Assembly (NCBI GenBank): GCA_050084515.1
Contig: CM114271.1
Span: 26,846,001 to 26,910,000, forward strand
Direction of reading: 5' to 3'
Origin: Blasia pusilla
Taxonomy: Eukaryota
Length of the DNA stretch: 64,000 bases
Part shown: piece by piece, positions 54,419-64,000 of the stretch
Layout: the number at the start of each line of letters is the position of its first letter
Position numbering within the stretch: position 1 is the stretch's first letter
Made by a program: the position numbers and the translations under genes
Notes under the pieces: generated by a model
The model's input: the letters and a program-made list of their open reading frames with translations, nothing else
What the model was told of the DNA's origin: nothing
Database searches by the model: none

Positions 54419-55168
54419 GAGAGGTAGATGACTTGATCTTTGCGTGATATGGATTGCAGATACGCGACTAACGATGGGGCAACCTAGCACCCGACCTTCT
54501 GATTCGTGCACCCAAGAAGGTGTATAGCATGTAGTAGATGTATAGGGCTACCTGGGAGTTAAAGGGACCTAACCACCAGTTTGGGGGGCGAGTTGTGGTA
54601 CACTTGTGTTTGTGTATTCTCTCGTCTATGTTATGTATGTATGTGAGTATGGTATGTCAACGTATATGTATGGATGTGGATTCACGCACATTTGTATCAT
54701 GACCATACGGATTATGTCGTAGAGTATAGTGTGCTAGTAGAGGCCATACCTTATGTAGGGCCGTTGTGTCTAGGTAGAGATGCTGTTTCATACATAGGAT
54801 TGGGGGTTACTCAGTTGAGGGTGACTTTTCCAGTAGGGCCCGCTCTTAGGTTGGAGGATATAGTATGGAGTGCACTCAAAGAACAATTAGTTCTTTGAGT
54901 TGAGCGTGTTGCGTTGGGAGTTAGCCTTGGTAGTGAGTAGAGCTCTTGGCTATGGTGGTTCCCGCAAGCTTCGACATGGATTCTCCCATCGTGGAGTGGG
55001 TTTGGCTCGATTGTATGTGATTCTATACGTGTTTTATGACAGTAGGTCTTTCACGGATCTCAATTGTGGTACACTTGTGCTTGTGTATGCTCTCGTCTAT
55101 GTTATGTATGTATGTGAGTATGATATGTCAACGATGTATGTTGTATGACGATGTGGATTCATACGACA

Positions 55169-56269
55169 ATGGAGTCAGTTGACAATGGAGTCATGCTCTT
55201 GGACTAGAGACTTGATATCTTTGGATACCACACCTGTTGTGTAGCAATGTCTAGAGGAGGATGTGAGAGTGTTAGATGTCTTTGGAGGGATCAACACGGT
55301 GGGTAGCTTAAATATTGCAAGATAACATCCGGATACGTTGATATCTCTAGGTGGAGATAGATGAGATGGATCCGAGGAAGAGTATATGTTGGTAGATGTT
55401 GCGGAGATAATGGCATCGACGATGCTAGATGTGCTTAGAATAGTAGATTATGTTAGGTATATGTGATGTTTACTATTAGGAGTTAGGGGCATCCAACTAC
55501 CAGCTAGGAGGGTGGTTGTGTGGTCTCGATAGATATGTGTGAGTATATTTTGCTTATTAGTGGATCGGCCCGTGTGTTGGGAAGATCGGTGTTGTGTGGT
55601 TTGTAGATGTGATCAATGATGTGGATTGTGTAGCGATGTGAATGTGCACAACAAGTGTCTCATCTTAGTTAGCTTAGAGATAGAGTTCTACGACGTCGAC
55701 GATGTAGAGGGCCAACGAGAAGTTTGGCTATAACTTTGTCTCGAGATGTCAGACAAGGTTGACGAGTGGTCTCTTGTGTCGGGAATGTTATTTATGGCAA
55801 TTTCCCTTTTTTTGCTATTTTTGGCCTGATGACCCGTTAATCGAGTTACATGGTCATGTAGTAACCTATGCTGGTAGGTTGCGGTTTGGAGGCTATTTTT
55901 GGGGGAAAGAGCCAAAAGGCTCTTCCCAAGGCTATAAGAGAGGGAGCGATAGCATTTCCAAGCCATCTTTCTCATGTTGGGCCTTAGAAGCACCTCTCTT
56001 GCTTGTATACATAGGAACTAGGGTACTACTGTCTGGATTCCCTCATAGCAGAGGGTGGATGTGGCTCAATATGTTATGTAGATTCAAGAGTGGAGTTTCA
56101 GGTCATGTGAGCCATTTTTATTCTGATTTTGTTGTGTGGTCTCAATGTATATGTGTGAGTATATTTTTTTTATGAGTGGTTTGACCCGCGTGTTGGAAAG
56201 ATCGGTGTTGTATGATGTGTAGATCTGACTAGCGTTGTGGATTGTATAGCGATGTGTATGCGCACGAAA
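55169..56269 (+). mobile_element. Internally deleted third member of the MTase-Gypsy group with B1-A2-B2 3' end
   Basis: SLDTTPVV*QCLEEDVRVLDVFGGINT (MTase motif I) at ~55220-55300; a short post-integrase-like fragment at ~55400; PPT-like ctaccagctaggagggtggt; B1 55517-55653, A2 55656-~56130, B2 56133-56269. Confidence 0.78.
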
Positions 56270-56289
56270 CACACATCGCTATACAAACC

Positions 56290-57470
56290 AAACTACCAAA
56301 GTGAAATCAATCACTATATGCACAAAAAAAATTACAAAGTTAATTCGTAATTCCTTCAACTTACCAAACTAGGAAGGGAAGTAAGTCACTACACATGGGA
56401 GAAATTGAAAGGGCACTTACACCATAAAAGGAAATTCATACTTACCAATTGGTTACACTTAAGTGAAAGTGGTTTATTGTAAATCATGACATAATTTTAG
56501 TTTCTAAGGAATTTTAATTGGTTAACTTGCCTCAAAACACCATAATAGATTGAAGGTCAATTATCTAATTGATGTGTAAGAGAAATTGAAGGAAGGAAAG
56601 GGTAGTCAATTGTCAAAGAGAAAATGAAAGAAAGAAATTATACAAATCACGTTTTTTTGCATTTTCACTCATCAACGTAATCAATACTAGTTTTCATGTT
56701 ATCATATCAAATTTTCCTATTGGTCTTGAGCAACTTGTTGTCCTTTATAACCAAAGACCGTCTTTCTTCTTGGCAATTTGAAATTGATCTATGCCATCCA
56801 AAATGCATGTCAACACCTTCAAATTACTTATCATGTTGCAAAAATCCTTCATAGGCATTATTGTAAATCTCAAGCCCTACTTGTGAGGGTCCCTAAAGCC
56901 AAATGTGTTACTACTAGAATGCCCACCTGAAAGATTGATAAAATATGAGGCAGGTAAAAGCATCCCAACGCAACTTCTCCAAAATCCAAATAAGCATTGG
57001 TGATTGGATATAAAACTTATTTTTACTATTAAGGTAGCAAGTTTCTTTTTCGAATGGAAACTCACTTACCAAAGGAAGTAAAGACTACTAAAAATAAAAA
57101 GGATATGTAATAAGGCACTAGAAGGGATTGAGGATTCCTTGCGGCTCCATTGCTAGTCCATCATAAGTCGACTTTTGCCAGTCTAATGTCTATGTGTGTG
57201 TCTCCTCGCAACTTTGCAAGTCCGGATAGTCTTTTTGCCATTGTGACCATAGTGACTTGCAAATGAACGTGTGAGTTAGACTTGTGATTTGTGACTTGCA
57301 TTCGAGTCGTACGAGACTCGTGAGTCATGAGTCCCGTGACTCAGAACTTATGAGTCATTTGTGAGTCTTGAAACTCCTAAATTGATGTTTGTGAGTCCTA
57401 GAACTAAAATATGGGCCATGAGTTTCCCTTTAGCCTCCAAATCGCTTCATTTTCTCTTTTCCTCCTAACT
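56290..57470 (-). mobile_element. Probable 5'/gag part of the Copia relic
   Basis: Degenerate gag-like minus-strand translation in the same orientation as 41800-45510. No intact ORF. Confidence 0.45.
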
Positions 57471-57478
57471 TTGCGAGA

Positions 57479-58103
57479 TATCACACCTTAGTAACTGATA
57501 GGTAGAGATCTATCGTGGCGGAGATATAGAGAGCCAGTGGATTGTATTTAGTGTAACTTCGTCTCGAGGTGTCGGATGAGGTTGAGGATAGGTCTGTTGT
57601 GTCAGGAACGTCATTTTTAACGACTTTCCTATTTGGGTCTTTCACAACCGGATGACTTGTTGAGCAAGTCACCCGCGCTCGGTAACCTATACGCGTAGGT
57701 TACCAAGAGGATTGCTATTTTTAGGGAAGATGTGGGAAGAGCCTTTTGGCTCTTCCCACATCTATATAAGGGAGAGAGATGGCTTTCCCAAACCATCTTT
57801 TTCATGTTGGGCGGTTGGAACACTTCTCTTGTTCGTGTATGAGATAGGACCAAGGTGCTAAGGTCCGAATTACCTGATAGTAGAGGGTGGACGAGGCTCA
57901 ATATGTCGATGTAAATTCAGGAGTGGAATTTTAGGAGGAATGTGCCATTTTTACTCTTATTTTTATTGTGGGGTCTTGATGTATATGCATGAATTTGTTT
58001 GGTTTATGAATGGATGGACATGTGTGTTGGGAAGATCGGTGTTGTGTGGTGTGTAGATGTGACCAACGATGTGGGTTATATAGCGATGTGTATGCGCACG
58101 ACG
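57479..58103 (+). mobile_element. Solo terminal-repeat unit (A+B, 625 bp) with 4-bp TSD
   Basis: Termini T(A)TCACA...GCACGAC(G); GAGA on both sides (57475-57478, 58104-58107). Collinear with 55656-56269. Confidence 0.83.
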
Positions 58104-58262
58104 GAGATTCTTCCTATCACTTTGCAAAGAGTTTCTTTCTATTGTGGAGTTAGGTCTTGAGATTTATTGGTGCATAAATTTTTTTGATGTTGAAGGATAT
58201 GTAGTTGGGTGAAATACATAGTAGTTCTTTTCCCAAAATTATTCATTCTAAAGTAAAAGAAA

Positions 58263-58433
58263 CTAGTGGTCATCTCGTGCTATGCACGGGAGTGAAGGGA
58301 CTAATTATGTTGGTCACAAAATATTTTTCTTGCTGCCCGTAGAGAAGGAAACATTTTCTTCATGCCCGGTTGCCACATGTCAAGCAAAAAGGTGTTCGCA
58401 AATCAAGAAGGCACTCTCCAATAGTAATATAGA
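58263..58433 (-). mobile_element. Complete 171-bp mini-Helitron
   Basis: Minus strand: A|TCTATATTACTATTGGAGAGTGC...cccgtgcatagcacgaga-tgaccaCTAG|T. Canonical TC/CTAG ends, subterminal hairpin and A^T target. Confidence 0.88.
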
Positions 58434-59199
58434 TGAAGGAGAAAGAAATAACACAACCATCCTTAAGAAAAATTGGATGGAGTCGAGTTCCACTTGGAAA
58501 AATGGTCTAGAGACCCAAAAATGACTCCAAATTGAATAAAAAAATGTAGAAAATGACTAGTTTGTGAGTATAGAAAATCACTACTTTGCAAGTCTAAAAC
58601 TACTATAATAACTCAGTTTTTTGAATACTTGGATTGGCAAATTTTCACAATTTTCACAAGTTTGCACAATTTTGCAAGTAAGTTGCGAGTGAATTTTTGC
58701 AACTTATTTGAGACTACGCGGATTCGCAATTTAGACGCTCTTTACGGGCCAGTTGCAAGTTCCTCGCAACTGACTTGAGAGTTTTTGCGAGTGTTATAAC
58801 ATAAGCTTGCAACCACATTGGAGTCGTAGAATGCAAGTCGAGTTCTCTGACATGTGAGTTTTTCGCAAGCGCGGAACTCACAAAATTACTGCTCGTGAAC
58901 AATTCTTCCGCGACTTTCGGAACTTGTGAAATAACGACAAATGTAATACTATTTGGTGTGTACATAACCGTTTCCTTTGTGGGAGCAAATAGAAACATTT
59001 CTATGCATCCCTCCCTTGGAAAATTTTGATTTTGAAAAATTGAAATCATATCTTTTATCAATATCAATATGGGAAAGTTTTTGTTATTTGTGAACACTTT
59101 TCTGTCTAACACATGGACAACAAGAAAATATTTTAAATATTACGGAAAAAAATAAATTTAAATGGCGTGCAACATTATTAATCTCTTCCTTTAACGACA

Positions 59200-60000
59200 A
59201 CCACCCCATTTTGAACCCACCCTAAACCCCTTTTGGAGTAATCGGACGAAAATGCCCCCGACACAACGGTCAACGCAATCAAACCAGAATTCCCAGCCTA
59301 GTTTAGCTGGACACAAATCGGGGACCATTTTAGAGGCCGTCGCGAAAACGTCCGCTTGAGAGCCCCGGGTCTCGACTCTCGACGCGTGCCCAGGGAGCTC
59401 GCCTCGGACCGCCTCCAGGCCGCCGCTAAAGTGAGACCGCCTCCAGCCTGCAAGGCGAGGCGCTCCGGGTCTGGCAGCAGCGCATTATTTTAGGGCAGCG
59501 CGTCGTGGGGCCACACGATCGCCCAAAGGAGGAAGCCCGACTCCCGAGGGAGAGAGAGAGAGAAAAGAAGAAGAAGGAAGCGCACAGGACGAGCGAGCTC
59601 GAAGGGTCGGAGAGCTTCTGAAGGATCGAGCGATCGCGAGGAGGAGGAGGAGGACAGGGGAAGTGGATGGAATGGTGTCGGAGGATCTGTTCGATTGACG
59701 AGAGAAAAGTGGGTCGAGGAAGGAAGCGAGCGAGCGATTGAGCGGGCTGGCTGGCTGGCTGGCGGGCAGGGCGGGGAGGAAGGAAGGAAGGAAGGAAGGA
59801 AAGCAGGGCGGAGGAATGGTGGCGTGGAGGAGGAGTGGAAGGGGAGAGTAGCAGGCAGAAAGACAGGAAGAAAGAAAGAAAGAAAGGCGAGCGAGCGAGC
59901 GAGCGAGAGAGGAGGGAGGCGAGAGGAAGGCAGAGCTGAGATTGACTGAGAGGGAGAGGAGAGTCAGGACGAGTGTAAGAAAGAGGGTAACGTGCACAGG
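59200..60000 (+). promoter_or_regulatory. GC-rich promoter/5' leader of the RRM gene with purine-rich simple repeats
   Basis: cctaaaccc at ~59221; CpG-rich 59330-59560; (GA)n, (GGA)n, (GGAA)n, (GAGC)n and (GGCT)n tracts. Confidence 0.5.
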
Positions 60001-61050
60001 TCGGGGGGTGCAAGATGAGATATGAGATGAGAACTGTGTTGATTGATTGTAGGAGGAAGGAGAATTATTGTGCTTTCGGATCCAAGGGTAATGAGCGGTG
60101 GAGAGAGTGGGTAGGGGGTTAGAGACAGAGGGAGTGCCGAATGAAAGTTCCGGATTGGTTCTTTCCCAGTTGTAGGGTGACCAATCTGGATGTTGGCACT
60201 TGGGGAGGTCCTTAGGTTGCCTCGTCACTGTTAGCCTTGTGGTAGTGCGTGGTCTTGCGCTTCCGATTGCTTGTATTTTTGTGGTAGGAATGGGTTCCTT
60301 TGCAATGGGAATTGGGACGGCTCACTGGGCTTCTATTCTCCTTTCCCATCTGAGAAAGAGACGCAGAGCAAAGCTAAGACGCGTGCATCAAATGCGCGGC
60401 ATTTATGAGGCTAGGGTCTTAACTTCATTTTGGGATCCAAGAACCGCTGTGTAGTTTGAATCACGTTATGCAATAGATCTCCCTTACGTCAACTCTGTCA
60501 AAACTCATCTCTAAGCACCCTTTATGACCTCGCCTGTCGCTATTGTTATGGAATCTGTTTTTGGGTGAGTGGATTTTGTAAATCAAACGCCTGTTTCTGC
60601 TCTCGTGTCGACATTTTCTCCAAAATTTTCCGAGCTGACCTAAAAATTCCCTCCCAACGTGCACTCTTATGTCCGTAGCGAAGGCGTTTGTGGCCTAGCT
60701 TACTTGTGAGAATTGACATGTTAATAACTTCTAAAACCTGTCGCTTCTCCCGGGTCCCACGGTACACGAGTTGAAGGTCACAGAGAGACTGTACTCTTCA
60801 AGTAGTGCCTGTTGTAGCCTTGCGACCATAGACCCAGTGCCCCGGTCGGACGATGCCAAAGAGAGATAGTCAGATAGTGGGTTTCCCTAATTCATGGTAT
60901 AGTTGGTTGATGTGTTCATTTGGGGCATCTATCGTTAATTTTCCTTCCTAAGAGAGAAGGAAAGGAGTAGAATTGCACACTACCGAATTTTGTTTCTTGT
61001 CTATGTTCATAACGCTGTTTTTCTCCTTCATGCAGGAGGAACTTTGAACA

Positions 61051-64000
61051 ATGTCTCTTGGATCGAGAAAACTTGTGGTGAGAGGAACTCATTGCGTTTC
61101 ATACTTGATTAAATTGAAGAGCCAGACGTCCTTTAAGCGCGAGATGTGAATTTAATTCCTTATTTCTCTTTTTCCATCCCCTCAGTTCGGTTGGTCCGGG
61201 CGTGGCCTTCAACTACGCACGAGTATCTGATTTTGCAGGTGGGTGTCGTGGTTGTGCAAGGTGCTGGGTATACCATGGGACGTAGACACAGAAGGACTAC
61301 GGCAGTACATGTCGAAGTATGGAGAGCTCGATGATATAATTGTCATGAAGGTATGTTTGATCTTTTACGTGTTTACTGGACATGCTGCTTTGATAAATGA
61401 TGGACTTGCCAGAGTGCCTCATATGCTTCAATTCAAGTTTTGTCTCGTTGATTGAATTTGGGCTTGTAATGGCCTGCAAATGTCCTTTTGCCCACCTCAG
61501 TCTTTGTTTTGTTTTCATGAGGGGGCTTTCACAGAAGTAAAAATGCGCTTACAGTCTTGAAGTTTTGAATGACTTTGGAACTGTTGTCACCGCCAAGAGT
61601 ATGATGCAGCTGTTATTCTTTGAGGCTGTAATCTAATGATTTTTCGCTTTGCATTGTTTATCCAGGACCGAGCTACAGGCCGTTCTCGGGGATTTGGATA
61701 TGTCACCTTCAGGTCAAGTGAAGATGCAGAGGTGTGAGCTCGAGGATTTTTCATCATTAGTTATGGCTTAGTCACAACTCCGGAGTGACCCTATATAATA
61801 TGCTTACTTGGATCCTTGTCACGCAGAAAGCTGTTGCAACACAGCACTCCCTTAATGGACGAATGCTAGAAGTGAAGGTGGCAACGCCCAAGGTCTGGAT
61901 CTCTTACTTAATTGCCTTTTTTTGAATTAAAATTTTTAAGCAGAGAATCAAAAGGTAACTTGTTACCAGAGGTCTTTTTGAATATTTAAAATCTCATGAT
62001 GTACTAGTTGAACTTAGTACGTGAATGGTGTAAATTAGTGGGATTCTGGTGTTCTGATATAAGCTTGTGCTTATTGTCTTTCAGGAAGATATGAAACCAC
62101 CAACAAAAAAAATCACTCGTGTGTTTGTGGCCAGGATTCCTCCCAGTGTTTCTGATGATATGTTTCGCAGGTAGTATGCTACTTCATGTTAAGATCTTGT
62201 TGTCTCCATCATTCTCGAAATGCTTATTGTTCAGAAACGAGCAAACCATTCCGAAAGGGATGCAATCACTCAAGCTGTCAAGTGTCACGTACAGTGTGGT
62301 GAGCAGTGCTGTCTTGCATGGTGTGTGTGGATTCAATCCTACTTTGGATCGTGTAGGCATCTCAGGGCCCCTCATTGCTCAATATGTTCACATCTTCTCT
62401 TGCTTTGTTCTCTAGCTATTTCGAGAAGTATGGAACACTCATTGATGCGTACATGCCTAAGGTAAGCTTCAAACTTGTCCCATACCTCAACGATACAGAA
62501 AGTTGGCATTTGATGAAGTTAAATAGATGTGTAAGTTTTTAATCTTTCTTACCACTTCTTTACCATAATGGGAAGTTGGTGAAAAGAAATTGCCGATGAT
62601 AGGGTCCTCTTGATGATATCAGGATCAGATCACAAAGGCTCACAGGGGCATTGGATTTGTCACCTACGAGCACCCAGGTATGAATTATCTTGTAGAGATC
62701 GGGCTGTATGTAGTTATTAGAAGGTCCAAGCATTTATCAAACATCAATTGAAGTTGCATGTTGTGAAGTCATTCAGTTCATTAACCTGTGAAATGGTTAC
62801 AGGGACATAGCCGGTCGCATAATTTAAAGCAAATCTTGTCATTCTCTCACATCTTATTCCTTCGGATTTATGGGGCACCACGCCCTAAATGAGAGTTACC
62901 CTCTGAGTGTTGGAGGACCATAAAGTGGACACTACTTTTTCATACTTAATTAGCCCTGAACCTGTGAAATGGGAACAGGGACACAGCTGGTCACATAATT
63001 TTAAAGGGGATCTTGTCATTTTCTCAAATCTTATTCCTTGGGATTTATGGGACACCCTAAATGAGACCTACCCTCTTAGTGCTAGAGGACCATAAAGTGG
63101 ACTATTTTTTTGTACTTCATTAGTCCTGAAGCAACTGATCTCAAGACTTCTTGAAAAGTTCACAAGATCTCACCAATTCATCCTACAGAATCGGTGGACA
63201 AGCTTATGAGTGAATCTCATGAACTTGCGGGTTCTACAATTGCTGTGGATCGAGCGACACCAAAGGTGAAATATGTTTTGAAGGTTTCCTAAGGCTGATT
63301 GTAGCCTTTCTAATTCGTTTTCTTTTGCCATCCCCTGATTGATGATGGTTCCTTTCTAGTGTTTTGACTTTGGAATAATTCACTTGTGGGGTTGAATGGA
63401 GGACAAGTAATTATTTGCTGGGTGCCTTGCATCATTTTCTATTGAAATAATATATCTCTTTTGGACATTTGACTCAACATCATTGGCATCCACCAAAATT
63501 CTCATTGCATGGCATCTCAAGTAATGTGAGTTGCTTTATGGAGCAATAGCCGAGTGAAGGGTCGTATCTCCCTTTACCGGATGGGAAGACTTACTGAAGT
63601 CATTCCAACTAATTACTTGCAGGAGGAAACTGCCAAACCATGGGGGAAAGCATTTCAAAATCCTTATGGTGCATATGGTGTCTACACCAACGCTGCCGCT
63701 AGATTTGGAGCATTTGGTGGAGCATTCTTTCCTGGGTACGACTATTCGGGAGCAGGCCTTGGGACTGACTTAGGTGGAGCAGGTATGCAGAACCCATTTG
63801 GTGCAAATGCTTGGCCTCCACCACCGGCGCCTGGTATGATGGCACCAACCATGGGTGTACCAGGGGGCAGTCCCGGTCCTAACTACTCTACACCTGCTGC
63901 TCCTGCCCAGTCGGTAGCACCATCGAAAGGACTAGGTACCCGGATTTTTGTGGGACGACTTCCGCCAGAAGCCACAGCTGAGGACTTGCGACGCTACTTC
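61051..64000 (+). CDS. Multi-RRM RNA-binding protein (hnRNP A/Musashi-like; resembles Arabidopsis AT4G36960 from memory), runs off the window. Exons 61051-61077, 61261-61350, 61666-61731, 61827-61892, 62085-62170, 62416-62461, 62623-62677, 63189-63265, 63623->64000
   Basis: Spliced translation: MSLGSRKLVVLGIPWDVDTEGLRQYMSKYGELDDIIVMKDRATGRSRGFGYVTF...EVKVATPK..RVFVARIP..HRGIGFVTY..IAVDRATPK..RIFVGRLP. RNP motifs of three RRMs (the third cut by the window end). All junctions GT-AG and in frame. Confidence 0.93.
62783..63130. repeat. ~176-bp tandem duplication in an intron of the RRM gene
   Basis: aacctgtgaaatgg..acagggaca.agc.ggtc.cataattt...gaggaccataaagtggac repeated at ~62783 and ~62959. 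Confidence 0.88.

Larger units (their letters stand above)
45518..55168 (+). mobile_element. Near-complete Gypsy-type retroelement: gag-PR-DNMT3-like MTase-RT-RNase H-integrase-PHD, with split direct repeats; copy 2
   Basis: Gag ~47350-48900; PR VLLDWSAQPL (~49375); RT RMCGDYR, FSTLDL, LPFGLKNAP, YIDDI-like, KCKF; RNase H FQLHTDWS..VAYASR..YEGECL..TNHQPL; integrase H-H-C-C-like region, WSVDF, VEHFSKW, LTDQG, HPEADGLVER; PPT-like ttggggggcgag at 54581. Repeats A1 45518-45885, B1 54594-54690, A2 54695-55062, B2 55065-55168. Many stops and frameshifts. Confidence 0.93.

Noticed and set aside
45518-55168. DIRS/Ngaro tyrosine-recombinase element
   Set aside because: The repeat layout fits, but the coding region has an aspartic protease and a DDE integrase, no YR motif was seen, and related solos have TSDs.
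59426-60228. Two long minus-strand ORFs (195 and 247 aa)
   Set aside because: Low-complexity translations of purine-rich microsatellites in the RRM gene leader.

Overview
Eukaryotic, transposon-dense genomic DNA, most likely from a non-seed land plant such as a bryophyte (inferred from the WOX and DNMT3-type sequences). There are two host genes, both + strand with GT-AG introns: a WOX13-clade homeobox gene (CDS ~29814-33019) and a multi-RRM RNA-binding protein gene (61051 to past the window end). The rest is decayed or nested mobile DNA: a P-like DDE transposase relic, a 1-kb solo LTR, an intron-containing Helitron with mini-Helitrons, a 5'-truncated RLE-type non-LTR element, a hAT element with TIRs and an 8-bp TSD carrying a FAM91A1-like exon, and a Copia relic. 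The standout is a family of Ty3/Gypsy-type retroelements (copies at ~14.8-20.1, 45.5-55.2 and 55.2-56.3 kb). It encodes a DNMT3-like C5 cytosine methyltransferase between protease and RT and, in the complete copy, a PHD finger after a DDE integrase. It is bounded not by ordinary LTRs but by split direct repeats (A1-body-B1-A2-B2), an architecture I know only from tyrosine-recombinase retroelements. Solo A+B units with 4-bp TSDs support this end structure. All copies are pseudogenised, and all assignments come from motif recognition by eye with no database searches.
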